The notes beneath the pieces were generated by a model. The model did not search any database. It was not told the DNA's origin and was given only the letters and a program-made list of their open reading frames with translations. Positions 50,861-61,309 of a stretch of 64,000 bases of DNA are shown here, one piece after another. Both the position numbers and the translations under genes were made by a program. Positions within the stretch are counted from its first letter, which is position 1. Each line of letters starts with the position of its first letter. This DNA comes from Spirochaetia bacterium (GTDB lineage: Bacteria; Spirochaetota; Spirochaetia; CAKZLE01), in the NCBI GenBank assembly GCA_963677595.1, contig OY782041.1:832001-896000 (forward strand), read 5' to 3'.

Positions 50861-52053
50861 TGGGACGATTTGACTTTGACCTGCCGATACACAGGGGCGG
50901 GACCGACTCGGTCAAGTGGGACCCGAGAACGCTCGAGCTGCTCACCGGGTCTGCGACTGCACTGCCCATGTGGGTTGCGGACATGGACTTCACCGCACCT
51001 GCGGAGGTGATCGATACCCTGAAAGAACGATCGCTACACGGCGTGTTCGGGTACCCGAGCGAGACTGCCGTCGAGGGGACCCTTGCATCCTTCCACAGGT
51101 GGGCAGAGACCCGTCACCAGTGGACTATCCCCTCAGGGGAAGCCCTCTACTCACCGGGATTGCTGACCTCGATCGCCATCCTCATGAACCAGCTGACCGA
51201 ACCGGGAGACGGGATCCTCATCCAGACCCCGGACTACAAGCCATTCTTCGACATGGTACACCGCAATGGGCGGATCTTCGTGGAGAATCCTCTCTCCTAC
51301 GACCGGGAGGGCCGACGGTTCACCCTCGATCTCGAGGATCTCGAAAGGAAACTCTCTTCGGGGAAGGTCAAACTCATGGTCTTCTGTTCCCCCCACAACC
51401 CGGCAGGCCGGGTCTGGACCGGGGAGGAGATCAGTGAGGTTCTGCTCCTCTGCGACCGGTACGGTGTGCAGGTCATCTCTGATGAGATCCATGCCGACAT
51501 GGTCCTTGATGCGCATACCCACATACCACTGGCAATGGCAGGGAGGGAGATGAGCCTCCCGCCCATCACCTGCATGGCTCCGTCGAAGACCTTCAACATC
51601 GCCGGGGAACATTTCTCCCTGACGATCATCCCGGACCCGAACGTCAGGGAAGGGTTCAGGAAGAACCTGCAGCGGCTGAACCTCTCGCATCCGGGAGTCC
51701 TCATCCTCAATGCAGCGCGGGCTGCATACGACCATGGGGGACCCTGGCTTGATGAGCTGCTAGGATACCTGCAGGGGAATATAGCGGTGATGGAGAAGAG
51801 ATTCAAAGGACTTCGGACGCTGAGGCTGATCAGGCCGGAAGCGAGCTTCATCGCCTTCATCGATGCTGAAGGCTTGCTGCAGGAGGCAGGGGACAGGAGC
51901 CTCGCCACCTATATCGCGGGGAGGTGTGACGTGGCCCTCCATGACGGGCTCTGGTTCGGGGAGAGGGGCCGGGGATTCGTCCGTATCAACTACGGGACCC
52001 AGCGGGACCGTCTCAAGGATGCCCTTGACCGGTTCTCGGCAGCCGGGCTATGA
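50860..52053 (+). CDS. MalY/PatB-family PLP-dependent C-S lyase
   Basis: PMWVADMDF, CSPHNPAGRVW, SDEIH, APSKTFNIAG. Confidence 0.92.
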   Translation: MGRFDFDLPIHRGGTDSVKWDPRTLELLTGSATALPMWVADMDFTAPAEVIDTLKERSLHGVFGYPSETAVEGTLASFHRWAETRHQWTIPSGEALYSPGLLTSIAILMNQLTEPGDGILIQTPDYKPFFDMVHRNGRIFVENPLSYDREGRRFTLDLEDLERKLSSGKVKLMVFCSPHNPAGRVWTGEEISEVLLLCDRYGVQVISDEIHADMVLDAHTHIPLAMAGREMSLPPITCMAPSKTFNIAGEHFSLTIIPDPNVREGFRKNLQRLNLSHPGVLILNAARAAYDHGGPWLDELLGYLQGNIAVMEKRFKGLRTLRLIRPEASFIAFIDAEGLLQEAGDRSLATYIAGRCDVALHDGLWFGERGRGFVRINYGTQRDRLKDALDRFSAAGL

Positions 52054-52296
52054 CCTGAAGAACCCCATCCCCTTCGGCGGGGTATACTCCCCGAGCACGG
52101 AGAGAGCCTCCTCCGCTGCCTCCACATCCTCCTCGAGGACGAGGATCCGGTAGCCGGAGGTGAAGGTCACCCCCGGGTAACTCCCGCCGGCATCGTCACT
52201 GGAGAGGAAACAGGTGATCTGTGCATCCTCCAGGAGCCCTTTTGCCGCATCAGCCTCGAACCGCTGTTTGTATTCCCGTATGACTACAGATCCCAT
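52048..52296 (-). CDS. DUF2007-like small putative signal-transducing protein
   Basis: FEADAAKGLLEDAQI...RILVLEEDVEAAEEAL pattern. Confidence 0.7.
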   Translation of the reverse strand: MGSVVIREYKQRFEADAAKGLLEDAQITCFLSSDDAGGSYPGVTFTSGYRILVLEEDVEAAEEALSVLGEYTPPKGMGFFRS

Positions 52297-55200
52297 CGTT
52301 CATCCTCCTCTTCACGCAGGTACCATATCCTGCCGCGGGCCGGTTTTCCCGTATAGCGCGAATACGCAGCTGCATACTGCTGCAGCTGGTACTGGTGGGC
52401 CTGGGGATACCGCACCGAATCTGTCTTGAAATCTATGATGGAGACCTCCCGCGGGGTCTCGATCACCAGGTCTATGACACCCCGGAGCAGTTCTCCCTCA
52501 TCTCCCTGCATCATGAAGGGGACTTCGGACTCGATCACGGCATCCCCTTCTGACCTGCAGGCAGTGAGGAACCTGGATGCGAGAAATCGTCCGGTCAGCA
52601 GGCGGGCATCCTCCTTGAGGGTCGCCTGCTGGGCAGGTGAGAGTTCCCCCAGCTCCCCGGGAAGGGATACCTCTTCATCCACTCCTGTCATGGCAGCCTC
52701 GATCAGGGCATGGCAGTAGGTGCCGAAGGCAGGGACTGCATCCCCGGAAAGGAACCGGTCAGAGGCAATTCTCTGCAGCCGTACCCCGTCACCACTGGTG
52801 TGCTCCAGCTCCCGGGCCTTCTCGGTGATCCCGAAGGTCCTCTGGTGTTCTGTATAGATGATCTGCCCAGCCTCGGTGTAGAGGCCTGCTGTCCGGCCCG
52901 ACTCATAGGCAGAAGCCCTCCCGCTTCGCATCTGCAGGACCTCACGCTCGGTCAGGCTGTCGAGGGACCTCAACTCGACCTCGACGTGCGAACTACTCTG
53001 CGGCAGTTCAAGGGTGGCCTGCCCTGCTGTCGGGTCACCCCGATCGAGGGAGAACCCGTCAAGGGCCAGGTCCAGGAGGTTGCGGGGTACCGATGGGTCA
53101 GCCTGCTTCCCCGGAGCCTTCCAGCAGCCCGAGAGATAGAGGTGGCCCTCCGCCCTCGTCATGGCCACATAGAGCAGCCGCTTCAGCTCGGCTGCGGCGA
53201 CCTGTTTCCTCAGCTCCTTGTCACGAAGGAAGAAGTAATCACCCCCCTTCGGGGTCTTCTCCGCACAGGTGATCACCGGAGCGGAGAATTCCGAAACCAG
53301 GGAGAGGACCTCCTCGGTATCACTCATGCCCTTGTTCCCCATATTGACCACGAAGACCACCGGGAACTCCAGCCCCTTGGACTTGTGGATGGTCAGGAGC
53401 TTCACGCCGCTGTTGTCGGTTTTGAGCAGTTCGATATCGGGGACCTTATCGCTGCTGCCGAGGTGGACCCTGATGCCGTCAAGGAACTCGGCAAGGGACT
53501 CTCCCTTACGATCTGACTGCAGGGCGAGCTCACGGGCGTACTCGAAGTACTCCAGGTACCGGTGGTTCTGGGTATGGTTCATGAGGAAATACCGGTAACC
53601 GCCCTCATACCAGAGGTACTCGACGAGCTCAGCCTTGCCCGCGGTACCGGCAAGGGCAAGCAGCCCTTCATAGAGCTCCCTGGCACTGCAGTACCGCTCC
53701 CAGGCAGGGTCCCCATCCCCAAAGAGATCGTCGAAGGAGGGGGCGAAGGAATGGAAGTCTTTCGCCCCGGAGAGCATCCTGAAGAGCAGGTCATCATCAA
53801 GGTGCACGAAGGGTGAGCGCATCAGGGCAGCGAAGGCATGCCGGTCGGTCGGGTAGACGATGAGCTGCAGCAGCTGGTAGATATCATTCAGCGGGGCTTC
53901 GAGGAAGAGTGCCCGCACAGTCTGTGCATTGAACGGGATGTTCAACCCCCTGAGTGCCTTCTCGAACCGCATCTGGTTCGAGAGACTCCTCATGAGGATC
54001 GCTATGTCATCATAGCGCACCGGGCGGACCTCACCGGAGGCCCCGTCGAAGACCGTTTTCGTCCCGTCAGACACGATCCGCCTGATCTCCCTCGCGACAT
54101 GCCAGGCCTCTATATCGGTATCGTGGAGAGGTGCGTCCTCTGAGATGAGGGAGTCATCGATCAGCCCGTCCTCACCGTCGCTCTTCTCTTTATCAGTCCC
54201 TTCCCTGATGAGCAGGGAGATCCCGGGATGGATCCCCTCCCTCGGTCCCCGGTAGGAGAGCGGCTCGAACTCTGCTTCGAAATCTGCCTGGGCATCTCCC
54301 ATGATGTTCTCGAAGATGAGGTTGAAACTCTCGATGAGTCCCGGTTCGCTCCGGTAGTTGGTATCGAGGGAGAGGGAGCTGCCGCCCATGCGGGAGATCT
54401 CTGAGGAGAGATGCTTGAAGACGCTGACATCCGCCCCGCGGAACCGGTAGATCGACTGCTTCTCGTCCCCGACGAAGAAGAGCTTCCCCTCAGAGAGCTC
54501 CTCTGCTGCCGGGATGCCCTCTGCATGGCAATCCTCCCGCTCCGAGAGCAGGTAAAGCAGCTGCCGCTGCAGGTCGTTGTTATCCTGGAACTCATCGATC
54601 ATGATGTGTGAGAATCGCTTCTTGTAGTAGTCCCTCAGCGGGAGGTTGACCGTCAGGATGTCCACTGCCATCTGTGCGATGTCGGCGAAGGAGAGCAGTC
54701 CTGCTGAGCGTTTCCTCGCCATGAATTCATCCTGGAACCGCCCGATGAGTGTATAGCAGGCTGCTGCCTGCTCCTCGTGGATGAGGAGGTTCAGCAGCAC
54801 CAGGTACGTTGGCAGGATGGTCTCCTTCACCTCGCCGATGAGCTCGTTGAGCATCGGCAGGTCCGGGTTCTTTGCCGAAGGCTTCGCCCCGGACTTGCGG
54901 GGCAGCGGCAGGGAACTGACGGCCTCATACAGCAAAGGAAAGTCATCGGTCTCATCGATGAGCCTCCTCACCTCAGTGGAGAATGCCCAGGCCTTTTCGA
55001 AGGTCGCACCCTTGCCGTTCAGCTCTGAGATCATACTGCAGCGCGAGATGAGGGTATCTTCGAGGATCCGGTACTCCCTGTGGTAGAACCCGTACTGTTC
55101 AGCACAGGCAGCCGGGTAGTCATGGGTCCTCGATGGGCACATGTGGTAGAGGGCAATCGGGACGAGGAGGTGCTCATAGACCCCGGTGAAGGAGTGGAGT

Positions 55201-55670
55201 GCGAGCAGGTGCTGCATGGCAGGGTCCTGCAGCTCCGCATGGATGAAGGAGAGGGCTGATGCCCCTGCCATCTCCCGGAGCGCCTCCTCATCCTGGAGGA
55301 AGGAGGCAGCATAACCGTATCGCCGGCAGTCGCTCCGGACGACCTGGGTGCAGAAACTGTCGAGTGTCGAGATCTGCGCCCGTTCGAGCAGGGGCAGGTT
55401 CTTCGCCACCACGGGGTCATCCCGGTGGGAGATGAGCATGCTGTGGATCCGCTCATACATCTCGGCAGCAGCCTTCCTCGTGAAGGTCAGCGTCAGGATC
55501 GAGTCCACCGTCGCCTTCTCCTCCATGACAAGGCGGAGGAAGCGGTAGGAGAGCACGGTGGTCTTGCCCGACCCGGCCCCCGCTGAGACGACGGTATTCC
55601 GGTCACTGAAGACAGCCTCCCGCTGGCGGGAGTCGAGTCCTTTCTGCTCTAGTATCTCGGCTATGTTCAT
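52284..55670 (-). CDS. addA: AddA-like UvrD helicase / PD-(D/E)XK nuclease
   Basis: AGAGSGKT, TFTRKAAAEM, IDEFQD, VGDEKQSIYRFRGA, TIHKSKGLEF, YVAMTRA, GVIDL...IIDFKT. Start 55670 overlaps the stop of the upstream gene. Confidence 0.88.
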   Translation of the reverse strand: MNIAEILEQKGLDSRQREAVFSDRNTVVSAGAGSGKTTVLSYRFLRLVMEEKATVDSILTLTFTRKAAAEMYERIHSMLISHRDDPVVAKNLPLLERAQISTLDSFCTQVVRSDCRRYGYAASFLQDEEALREMAGASALSFIHAELQDPAMQHLLALHSFTGVYEHLLVPIALYHMCPSRTHDYPAACAEQYGFYHREYRILEDTLISRCSMISELNGKGATFEKAWAFSTEVRRLIDETDDFPLLYEAVSSLPLPRKSGAKPSAKNPDLPMLNELIGEVKETILPTYLVLLNLLIHEEQAAACYTLIGRFQDEFMARKRSAGLLSFADIAQMAVDILTVNLPLRDYYKKRFSHIMIDEFQDNNDLQRQLLYLLSEREDCHAEGIPAAEELSEGKLFFVGDEKQSIYRFRGADVSVFKHLSSEISRMGGSSLSLDTNYRSEPGLIESFNLIFENIMGDAQADFEAEFEPLSYRGPREGIHPGISLLIREGTDKEKSDGEDGLIDDSLISEDAPLHDTDIEAWHVAREIRRIVSDGTKTVFDGASGEVRPVRYDDIAILMRSLSNQMRFEKALRGLNIPFNAQTVRALFLEAPLNDIYQLLQLIVYPTDRHAFAALMRSPFVHLDDDLLFRMLSGAKDFHSFAPSFDDLFGDGDPAWERYCSARELYEGLLALAGTAGKAELVEYLWYEGGYRYFLMNHTQNHRYLEYFEYARELALQSDRKGESLAEFLDGIRVHLGSSDKVPDIELLKTDNSGVKLLTIHKSKGLEFPVVFVVNMGNKGMSDTEEVLSLVSEFSAPVITCAEKTPKGGDYFFLRDKELRKQVAAAELKRLLYVAMTRAEGHLYLSGCWKAPGKQADPSVPRNLLDLALDGFSLDRGDPTAGQATLELPQSSSHVEVELRSLDSLTEREVLQMRSGRASAYESGRTAGLYTEAGQIIYTEHQRTFGITEKARELEHTSGDGVRLQRIASDRFLSGDAVPAFGTYCHALIEAAMTGVDEEVSLPGELGELSPAQQATLKEDARLLTGRFLASRFLTACRSEGDAVIESEVPFMMQGDEGELLRGVIDLVIETPREVSIIDFKTDSVRYPQAHQYQLQQYAAAYSRYTGKPARGRIWYLREEEDERWDL

Positions 55671-58381
55671 CGTATGGAGAACCTTCCTCTGCAGATATCG
55701 CGGAAACGGCATTGCTGGCAGTGTTTCGGGGGAATCGAATCGATCCGGTAGTCGGCTGAGCCGATCCGGTCCACCATCACGCCTATCTCCTCGAGCATCT
55801 GGTCGATCACCTGCTCGAACCGCTCCCGGTCAATGAGGACATCCCTCCACGCATAGGGGAGGATGCTCACGTACTTCTCTTTCGTCACATCATAGTAGAG
55901 CGCGTTCACCACCTCTGTCGTTCCCGGGTCCTCCTGCTCGGCAAGGTAGGTGTAGAACGGCAGCTGGTAGGAATTCGGCGGGCCTGCGCCCTCAGCGAAG
56001 CTATTCGGCTTCACCCGGCAGTTCTTCTTGTAATCGATGATGGCAGTCTCCCGTCCCGGGAGCCTCCTGCTGACCCGGTCCTCCTGCCCCTCAAGGGTGT
56101 AGTCCCCCTCGTCAGGGGTGTAGGAGAGGCGGGTCTCGAGCTGATGCAGCGAGAAACCAGGGAGCGTCTCGAGTTCCCACTGAAGGAGGGATGGGAGCTT
56201 TTCATGGAGCAGACGAGCGATCTCCGGCACGACGGCAGGAGAGACCGCCTCACGCGTCTTCATATAGGCTGAGATCACCTCCTCGATGATCCCGTGGAGA
56301 CGTTCCTCAGCTTCATCAAGGGATCCTTCGGTCAGCAGCCCATCCCGCTCTTCGGAGAGCCACCGGAAGAACTGCTCACAACAGGAATGTATCAGGTTCC
56401 CGACCGCCATGGGGTCGGTGTATGCAGCCTCATAATCTACGTCCTGAATCTTGAGCCCGTAGTGCAGGTACCAGCTGAACGGACACTTCACGAACTTATC
56501 GAGGGATGTCGGGGAGACACTCACCCTCCCCCCCTCGGTATGGAATACCCTTCGGAGCGTCTCATACTGCGGTTCCACACTGCCAGCCCTGTTGGTGAGA
56601 TCCCTCCAGCTTCTAGCGAAGACCGTCTTCTCAGCACGCCGGAACCCATTGGCCTGGACCGGATAGAACCGGTGGAATGGTGATGGCTCCCCATCACCGG
56701 CCCAGAGTTCCAGTTCCCGGGTATAGGGATCATTCCCGTAGGCCGGGCCGCTGAAGGACTCGATCATGGAGGAGGCCATGAAGTAGTGGGGGGCGAGCTG
56801 GTCCCCGTCACGGGTCCTCCTGCTGTAGGAGAGGGCGGCAAAGCGGCCTGAACGCTGGTAGACGGTGAGGAAGTCCTCCGTCAGGTCGACCTGCACCGGC
56901 CCGAGGCTCTCACGGTCCCGCTCGGGGAGCATGGAGAAGGGGTCCACGGTCACGACGGCATGGTTCTGGTCCAGGCCGAGTATGAAGTGGTATTCAGGGG
57001 CGATACCCGCTGCTGCACCGTAGGGATAGACTGAGATCCCCCCTGATGAACCCTGCTGGACATACCGCGTATTCTCCATGAGGGTGAGCCAGGAGGCGTA
57101 GACCGGGAACCCCTTCGGCAGGTCGATACGCTCCGTGGCATCCGCGAAATCCTGCAGGGTCCCGATGCAGTAGGAGAGCACGGCACCTCGTTCATCCTCC
57201 GGGGAGAAGGGGTCGAGGAACTCCTTCTGGAACCCCCTCAGTCGTGCGAGGAGCTCTGCGGGGTCTACCGCAGAGGTGATCGAAGTGATCCAGTCCCGCA
57301 GTGAGAGATAGCGGGAGAGCTGCCCGCCCTGCCGGGGGAGCTTCTGCTCCCACACATCGACCGGCCTGCCTGAGGGCCCGGTATAATTCCTGATGCAGGA
57401 CCCCTCGATACCGGCAGCGACCAGCTGCCCGTTAAGCTCCCGGTCCCTCCAGGCATACCCCTGCTCGAGCAGGAGACGCTTCATTGAGACCAGGGAGAAG
57501 GAGTCCTGGACAACATAGCTGATATCGCGGAAGAGGCGGGAGACCGGGTAGTCCGAGAGCCGCTTCCCGCTCCGGAAGTGGATCGGCAGGCCCCGAAGGC
57601 GGGCCTCTGCGGCAAGGTCCTGAGCCATCCCCTCGTAGTCGCAGAGCGTGACCACGATATCTTCGGCAGGAATTCCTTCAGCAAGCAGCGCCTCGATCCT
57701 CCCGACGGTATTGACCACCTCCACCCGCGAGTTCTCGAACCCCATCAGGGGAAGTCCCGGATTCTCGTCATGGACTGAGATCATGGTGATCCGACCTGAT
57801 TCGGAGAGCTGCTCCCCGACCCGGTACATCTCGGTCATGATCTCGGGGAAGACGAGCACGAAGCGGCGGTCGGCCGAGCGGAGATACTCCTCATCAAGGA
57901 TCTCCGGCTCATAGAGCGGCTCGAACAGGTCATGTTCAGCGAGGAATGCATGGTATCGCTGCAGCAGCAGGCTTATATCATGCTGGAAGGCTGGATCGAG
58001 GGTCTCCATGCAGCCCTGCAGGGTCTGCAGGTGCGGGCACAATGCCGTGATGTCACGGGCGAAATGCTGTGAGTCCTCACTGCAGGAGGGCGGGACCAGA
58101 AAGGAGAGGAAGGGGACAGCTGCGTTATCGAGCAGGATGTTCACGGCGAAGACCAGCCGGTAGACACTGTTGGAGGGGGTCCGTTCGTCCTTCCTGGGGA
58201 AGAGGCGTGAGCGGCAGGTGTCCCACGATATGAACCGGTCCTCCCGCATGACGGGGAAGGGGGTACCCTCCATGCTGACGATCCGCTCCAGCCAGGAGCG
58301 TGCCACGGTCTCTGTCGGGAATACGCAGATCGTTCGGGGGTCCCTGAGGGCTTCGATCAGTCTTCGAGATAGTTCTTCCAT
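55667..58381 (-). CDS. addB: AddB-like PD-(D/E)XK nuclease with Fe-S staple
   Basis: SPTSLDKFVKCPF, DRV...IIDYK, QLPFY, CQQCRFRDICR; start 58381. Confidence 0.82.
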   Translation of the reverse strand: MEELSRRLIEALRDPRTICVFPTETVARSWLERIVSMEGTPFPVMREDRFISWDTCRSRLFPRKDERTPSNSVYRLVFAVNILLDNAAVPFLSFLVPPSCSEDSQHFARDITALCPHLQTLQGCMETLDPAFQHDISLLLQRYHAFLAEHDLFEPLYEPEILDEEYLRSADRRFVLVFPEIMTEMYRVGEQLSESGRITMISVHDENPGLPLMGFENSRVEVVNTVGRIEALLAEGIPAEDIVVTLCDYEGMAQDLAAEARLRGLPIHFRSGKRLSDYPVSRLFRDISYVVQDSFSLVSMKRLLLEQGYAWRDRELNGQLVAAGIEGSCIRNYTGPSGRPVDVWEQKLPRQGGQLSRYLSLRDWITSITSAVDPAELLARLRGFQKEFLDPFSPEDERGAVLSYCIGTLQDFADATERIDLPKGFPVYASWLTLMENTRYVQQGSSGGISVYPYGAAAGIAPEYHFILGLDQNHAVVTVDPFSMLPERDRESLGPVQVDLTEDFLTVYQRSGRFAALSYSRRTRDGDQLAPHYFMASSMIESFSGPAYGNDPYTRELELWAGDGEPSPFHRFYPVQANGFRRAEKTVFARSWRDLTNRAGSVEPQYETLRRVFHTEGGRVSVSPTSLDKFVKCPFSWYLHYGLKIQDVDYEAAYTDPMAVGNLIHSCCEQFFRWLSEERDGLLTEGSLDEAEERLHGIIEEVISAYMKTREAVSPAVVPEIARLLHEKLPSLLQWELETLPGFSLHQLETRLSYTPDEGDYTLEGQEDRVSRRLPGRETAIIDYKKNCRVKPNSFAEGAGPPNSYQLPFYTYLAEQEDPGTTEVVNALYYDVTKEKYVSILPYAWRDVLIDRERFEQVIDQMLEEIGVMVDRIGSADYRIDSIPPKHCQQCRFRDICRGRFSIR

Positions 58382-59352
58382 ACACCTTTCGTGAGACTGA
58401 GATAGTACCGGTAGTACCGGTTCGCGGCGTCGATATCCTGCTCGATGAACCGGCAGTAGTCTCCGACGAGCTTGAATATCACATAGCACTTCGGGGAGTA
58501 GTGCTTGGGGTTTCCCCTGACTTTCTTCACCTGCTTCTGCAGCAGGGTGAAGGCCGCGTTGTTGTTCCCCGTCTGGAACCAGAGTTTCACCAGCTCGATG
58601 GAGCAGAGCACCTCATTGTTGTCCAGGCCATGGTTCTGGTCATACTGCAGCAGGGCCTTCATCAGCTTCTCGGCCTGGGAGCCCCTGTTCATCTTCAATT
58701 CCAGGGTCGCAAGCGTCAGGGTGGCAGTCGCGTACATTTCGTAGTTGTTCTCTTTCTCCGCATACCTGATCGCCTCGATGCAGCTGACCCTCGACTGCAC
58801 GATATCCTTCTGCTCCTCGTAGAGCAGTGCCGCGATATGGTAGATCCGACTCCTCGGTTCCTCGAGGTTCCAGCGCTCCACGACGGTGATCGCCTGCTTG
58901 ATGTAGTTGAGGGCAGTCTCGAAGGTCCCGTTCGACTGGTAGATCAGTGCCAGGTTGTAGAGCGGTTTATAGGCAATGGCACTGTTCTTTGATTTCCTCG
59001 CTTCCTGGACCGAGGCGAAGTAGTACGAGATCGCTTTCTTCTTATCCTTGCGCATCTGCCAGACAGCCCCGCGGGCATTGAGCACGGAGGACATCTGTTC
59101 ATGGTTCTCACGGAACTTGAACACTTTATAGGACTCATCGAACATGCGGTCTGCCAGGTCGAGCTGCTTCAGCCCAAGATATGCCTTCCCCATATATTCA
59201 AGCGCTGCACCGTAGAGTTCACGGTCGCCTGACGCCTGGGCCTGAGAAAGAAGATCCTTGCTCCCGGCTAAAGCCATCTCAGGGTTCTCTTTCAGGTCTC
59301 GTTCTATATGGAAGCGCAGCATGCGCTCCTGCGACATATCTAAGTCCTGCAT
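58357..59352 (-). CDS. Tetratricopeptide-repeat protein
   Basis: Repeated TPR-like helices (LYNLALIYQSNGTFETALNY etc.). Confidence 0.8.
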   Translation of the reverse strand: MQDLDMSQERMLRFHIERDLKENPEMALAGSKDLLSQAQASGDRELYGAALEYMGKAYLGLKQLDLADRMFDESYKVFKFRENHEQMSSVLNARGAVWQMRKDKKKAISYYFASVQEARKSKNSAIAYKPLYNLALIYQSNGTFETALNYIKQAITVVERWNLEEPRSRIYHIAALLYEEQKDIVQSRVSCIEAIRYAEKENNYEMYATATLTLATLELKMNRGSQAEKLMKALLQYDQNHGLDNNEVLCSIELVKLWFQTGNNNAAFTLLQKQVKKVRGNPKHYSPKCYVIFKLVGDYCRFIEQDIDAANRYYRYYLSLTKGVWKNYLED

Positions 59353-59473
59353 GGGTAAAGTATACAATCAATGCAGGATTAACACAATAAGAACAGGACA
59401 AATGCCCAATACCCCCATTCTCCACAGCTGTTCCCTGTGGACTAACGGGCAGGATCATATCATAATGGTTGGT

Positions 59474-60292
59474 ATGCAGCAGCGACAGCCGTTTCTTATG
59501 GGAGCCCTCATCATCATCGCAGCCTGGTGGGTCGGGGGTGCAGCCTGTGTACGACTCTTCTCACAGCTCCTCCCTGACACCCTCACAGGCAGGTACCTCA
59601 GCCTGAACAGCTCGTTCATCCCCTTCATCATCGCCCTGGTCCTAGTCATCAGGAAGCTCCTCTCCATGGACTGGGGAGAGTTCGTCGCAGATGGGAAACG
59701 GATGACTATAGGATGGCCCCTGCTCATCTTCCTCCTCTGGCTGCTGGTCTTCTCCCTGTCGACCTTCCTCGAGTACCGTCTGGACCCGGGCCGCTTCACC
59801 AGGGGGGCAGCCCTCCCCGACTGGGCACGGTTCCTCCCGATCCTCCTCTTAGTCACCCCGCTCCAGACCGCCGCAGAGGAGCTCCTCTTCAGGGCCTACC
59901 TCGCACGGTGGATGCAGCAGGCGAGGATCCACCGGGCACTGATCATCCTCTTCTCAGGGCTGCTCTTCCTCTCAGTACACCTGCTCAACCCCGAGATCTC
60001 CCGGTATGGGGATACCCTCTGGATCTATCTCTACTACCTGCTCTTCGGCTCATCGATGATGGCGATCGCCCTCGCAGAGGGGAGCTTCCTCCTCCCGATA
60101 GTCATCCATACGGCAAACAACCTCTTCTCCATAGCGATCGTCAACTATGAGGGGACCGTCCTTGCCGCCCCCTCCCTCTTCATCGACACAGTTCCCGACC
60201 CGATGGTCTCCTGCATCACCTTGAGTATCGGGGTCCTTGCGACCTTCGGCATCCTGAAACTCAGGATTGACAGAAGCGCCTCTTTACCGTAG
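59474..60292 (+). CDS. CPBP (CAAX/Abi) intramembrane metalloprotease
   Basis: AEELLFRAY, FLSVHLLNP, IHTANN; multi-TM. Confidence 0.88.
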   Translation: MQQRQPFLMGALIIIAAWWVGGAACVRLFSQLLPDTLTGRYLSLNSSFIPFIIALVLVIRKLLSMDWGEFVADGKRMTIGWPLLIFLLWLLVFSLSTFLEYRLDPGRFTRGAALPDWARFLPILLLVTPLQTAAEELLFRAYLARWMQQARIHRALIILFSGLLFLSVHLLNPEISRYGDTLWIYLYYLLFGSSMMAIALAEGSFLLPIVIHTANNLFSIAIVNYEGTVLAAPSLFIDTVPDPMVSCITLSIGVLATFGILKLRIDRSASLP

Positions 60293-60315
60293 ATTTGCTC
60301 TTGTACGAGGTGTAT

Positions 60316-61008
60316 ATGTCCAGAAAGAATGATCTCTTAGAGGGTATGAGGGCAGGCCTGCCCATCTGCATAGGGTATTTCCCGGCAGCTATCGCCTTCG
60401 GCCTGGTGGCCAAGGACGCAGGGCTCCTCTTCGGGGAGGCTGCCTTATTCTCCATCACCAACTTCGCCGGTGCAAGCCAGTTCTTCGCGGTGAACCTCAT
60501 CGCGACCGGTGCCCTGATCTCTGAGGTAGCGATCGGTGTCCTGCTCGTCAACCTGCGATACCTGCTCATGAGCGCATCCCTCGCACCCAAGATACCAGAG
60601 AAGAACCCGGCCATCCGTGCCATGATCGCCTTCGGCAATACCGACGAGGTGTTCTCGGTGGCCTCCACCCGTAAGGGGCTGGTATCCAATGCCTATATGT
60701 ACGGGATCGAGACGATCTCCTGGGCTGGCTGGGTCAGCGGCACGATCACCGGCTACCTGGTGGGATCGGTCCTGCCTGCATCCATCCAGAACAGTGTCGC
60801 GATCACCCTCTACGCAATGTTCACCGCCCTGCTCACCGCTGAGGTGAAGCGGGAATACCGCTACCTGCTCATTGCAGGGCTGGCTGCCGTGCTCAACTCG
60901 CTAGCTGTCATCTATCTTGGACTCTCCACGGGCTGGGCATTCGCCTGCTCCATGACCATAGCGGCCCTCTTCGGAAGTCTTTTCATTAAGGAGGAAGCCC
61001 ATGAGTAA
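60316..61008 (+). CDS. azlC: AzlC-family branched-chain amino acid exporter
   Basis: GLPICIGY, FAGASQF, VNLRYLLMS, TDEVF. Confidence 0.92.
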   Translation: MSRKNDLLEGMRAGLPICIGYFPAAIAFGLVAKDAGLLFGEAALFSITNFAGASQFFAVNLIATGALISEVAIGVLLVNLRYLLMSASLAPKIPEKNPAIRAMIAFGNTDEVFSVASTRKGLVSNAYMYGIETISWAGWVSGTITGYLVGSVLPASIQNSVAITLYAMFTALLTAEVKREYRYLLIAGLAAVLNSLAVIYLGLSTGWAFACSMTIAALFGSLFIKEEAHE

Positions 61009-61309
61009 GGAGATGCTTCCCTATATCCTGGTATCGGCTGTGGTGACCTTCACCCCGAGGCTCATCCCCTTCCTCATGAAGGGGCTCGACAGGCTCCCCT
61101 CCCCTGTGGCAAGGTTCCTCAAGCTGCTGCCGATCGCAGCCCTCGGGGCACTGATCTTCCCGGGAGTCCTGCTCGACTTCCAGCCGACGGTGATCGCCGG
61201 GATCTGCGGGATCGCAGCAGCGGCCCTGATCGCCTGGTTCAGGGGCGGCATGATCCTGCCGATCCTCATCAGCATCGCGGCGACCTTCACGGTGATGCAG
61301 CTCTTCTAA
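61001..61309 (+). CDS. azlD: AzlD-family membrane protein
   Basis: VTFTPRLIPF, LPIAALGALIFP; overlaps azlC. Confidence 0.9.
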   Translation: MSKEMLPYILVSAVVTFTPRLIPFLMKGLDRLPSPVARFLKLLPIAALGALIFPGVLLDFQPTVIAGICGIAAAALIAWFRGGMILPILISIAATFTVMQLF

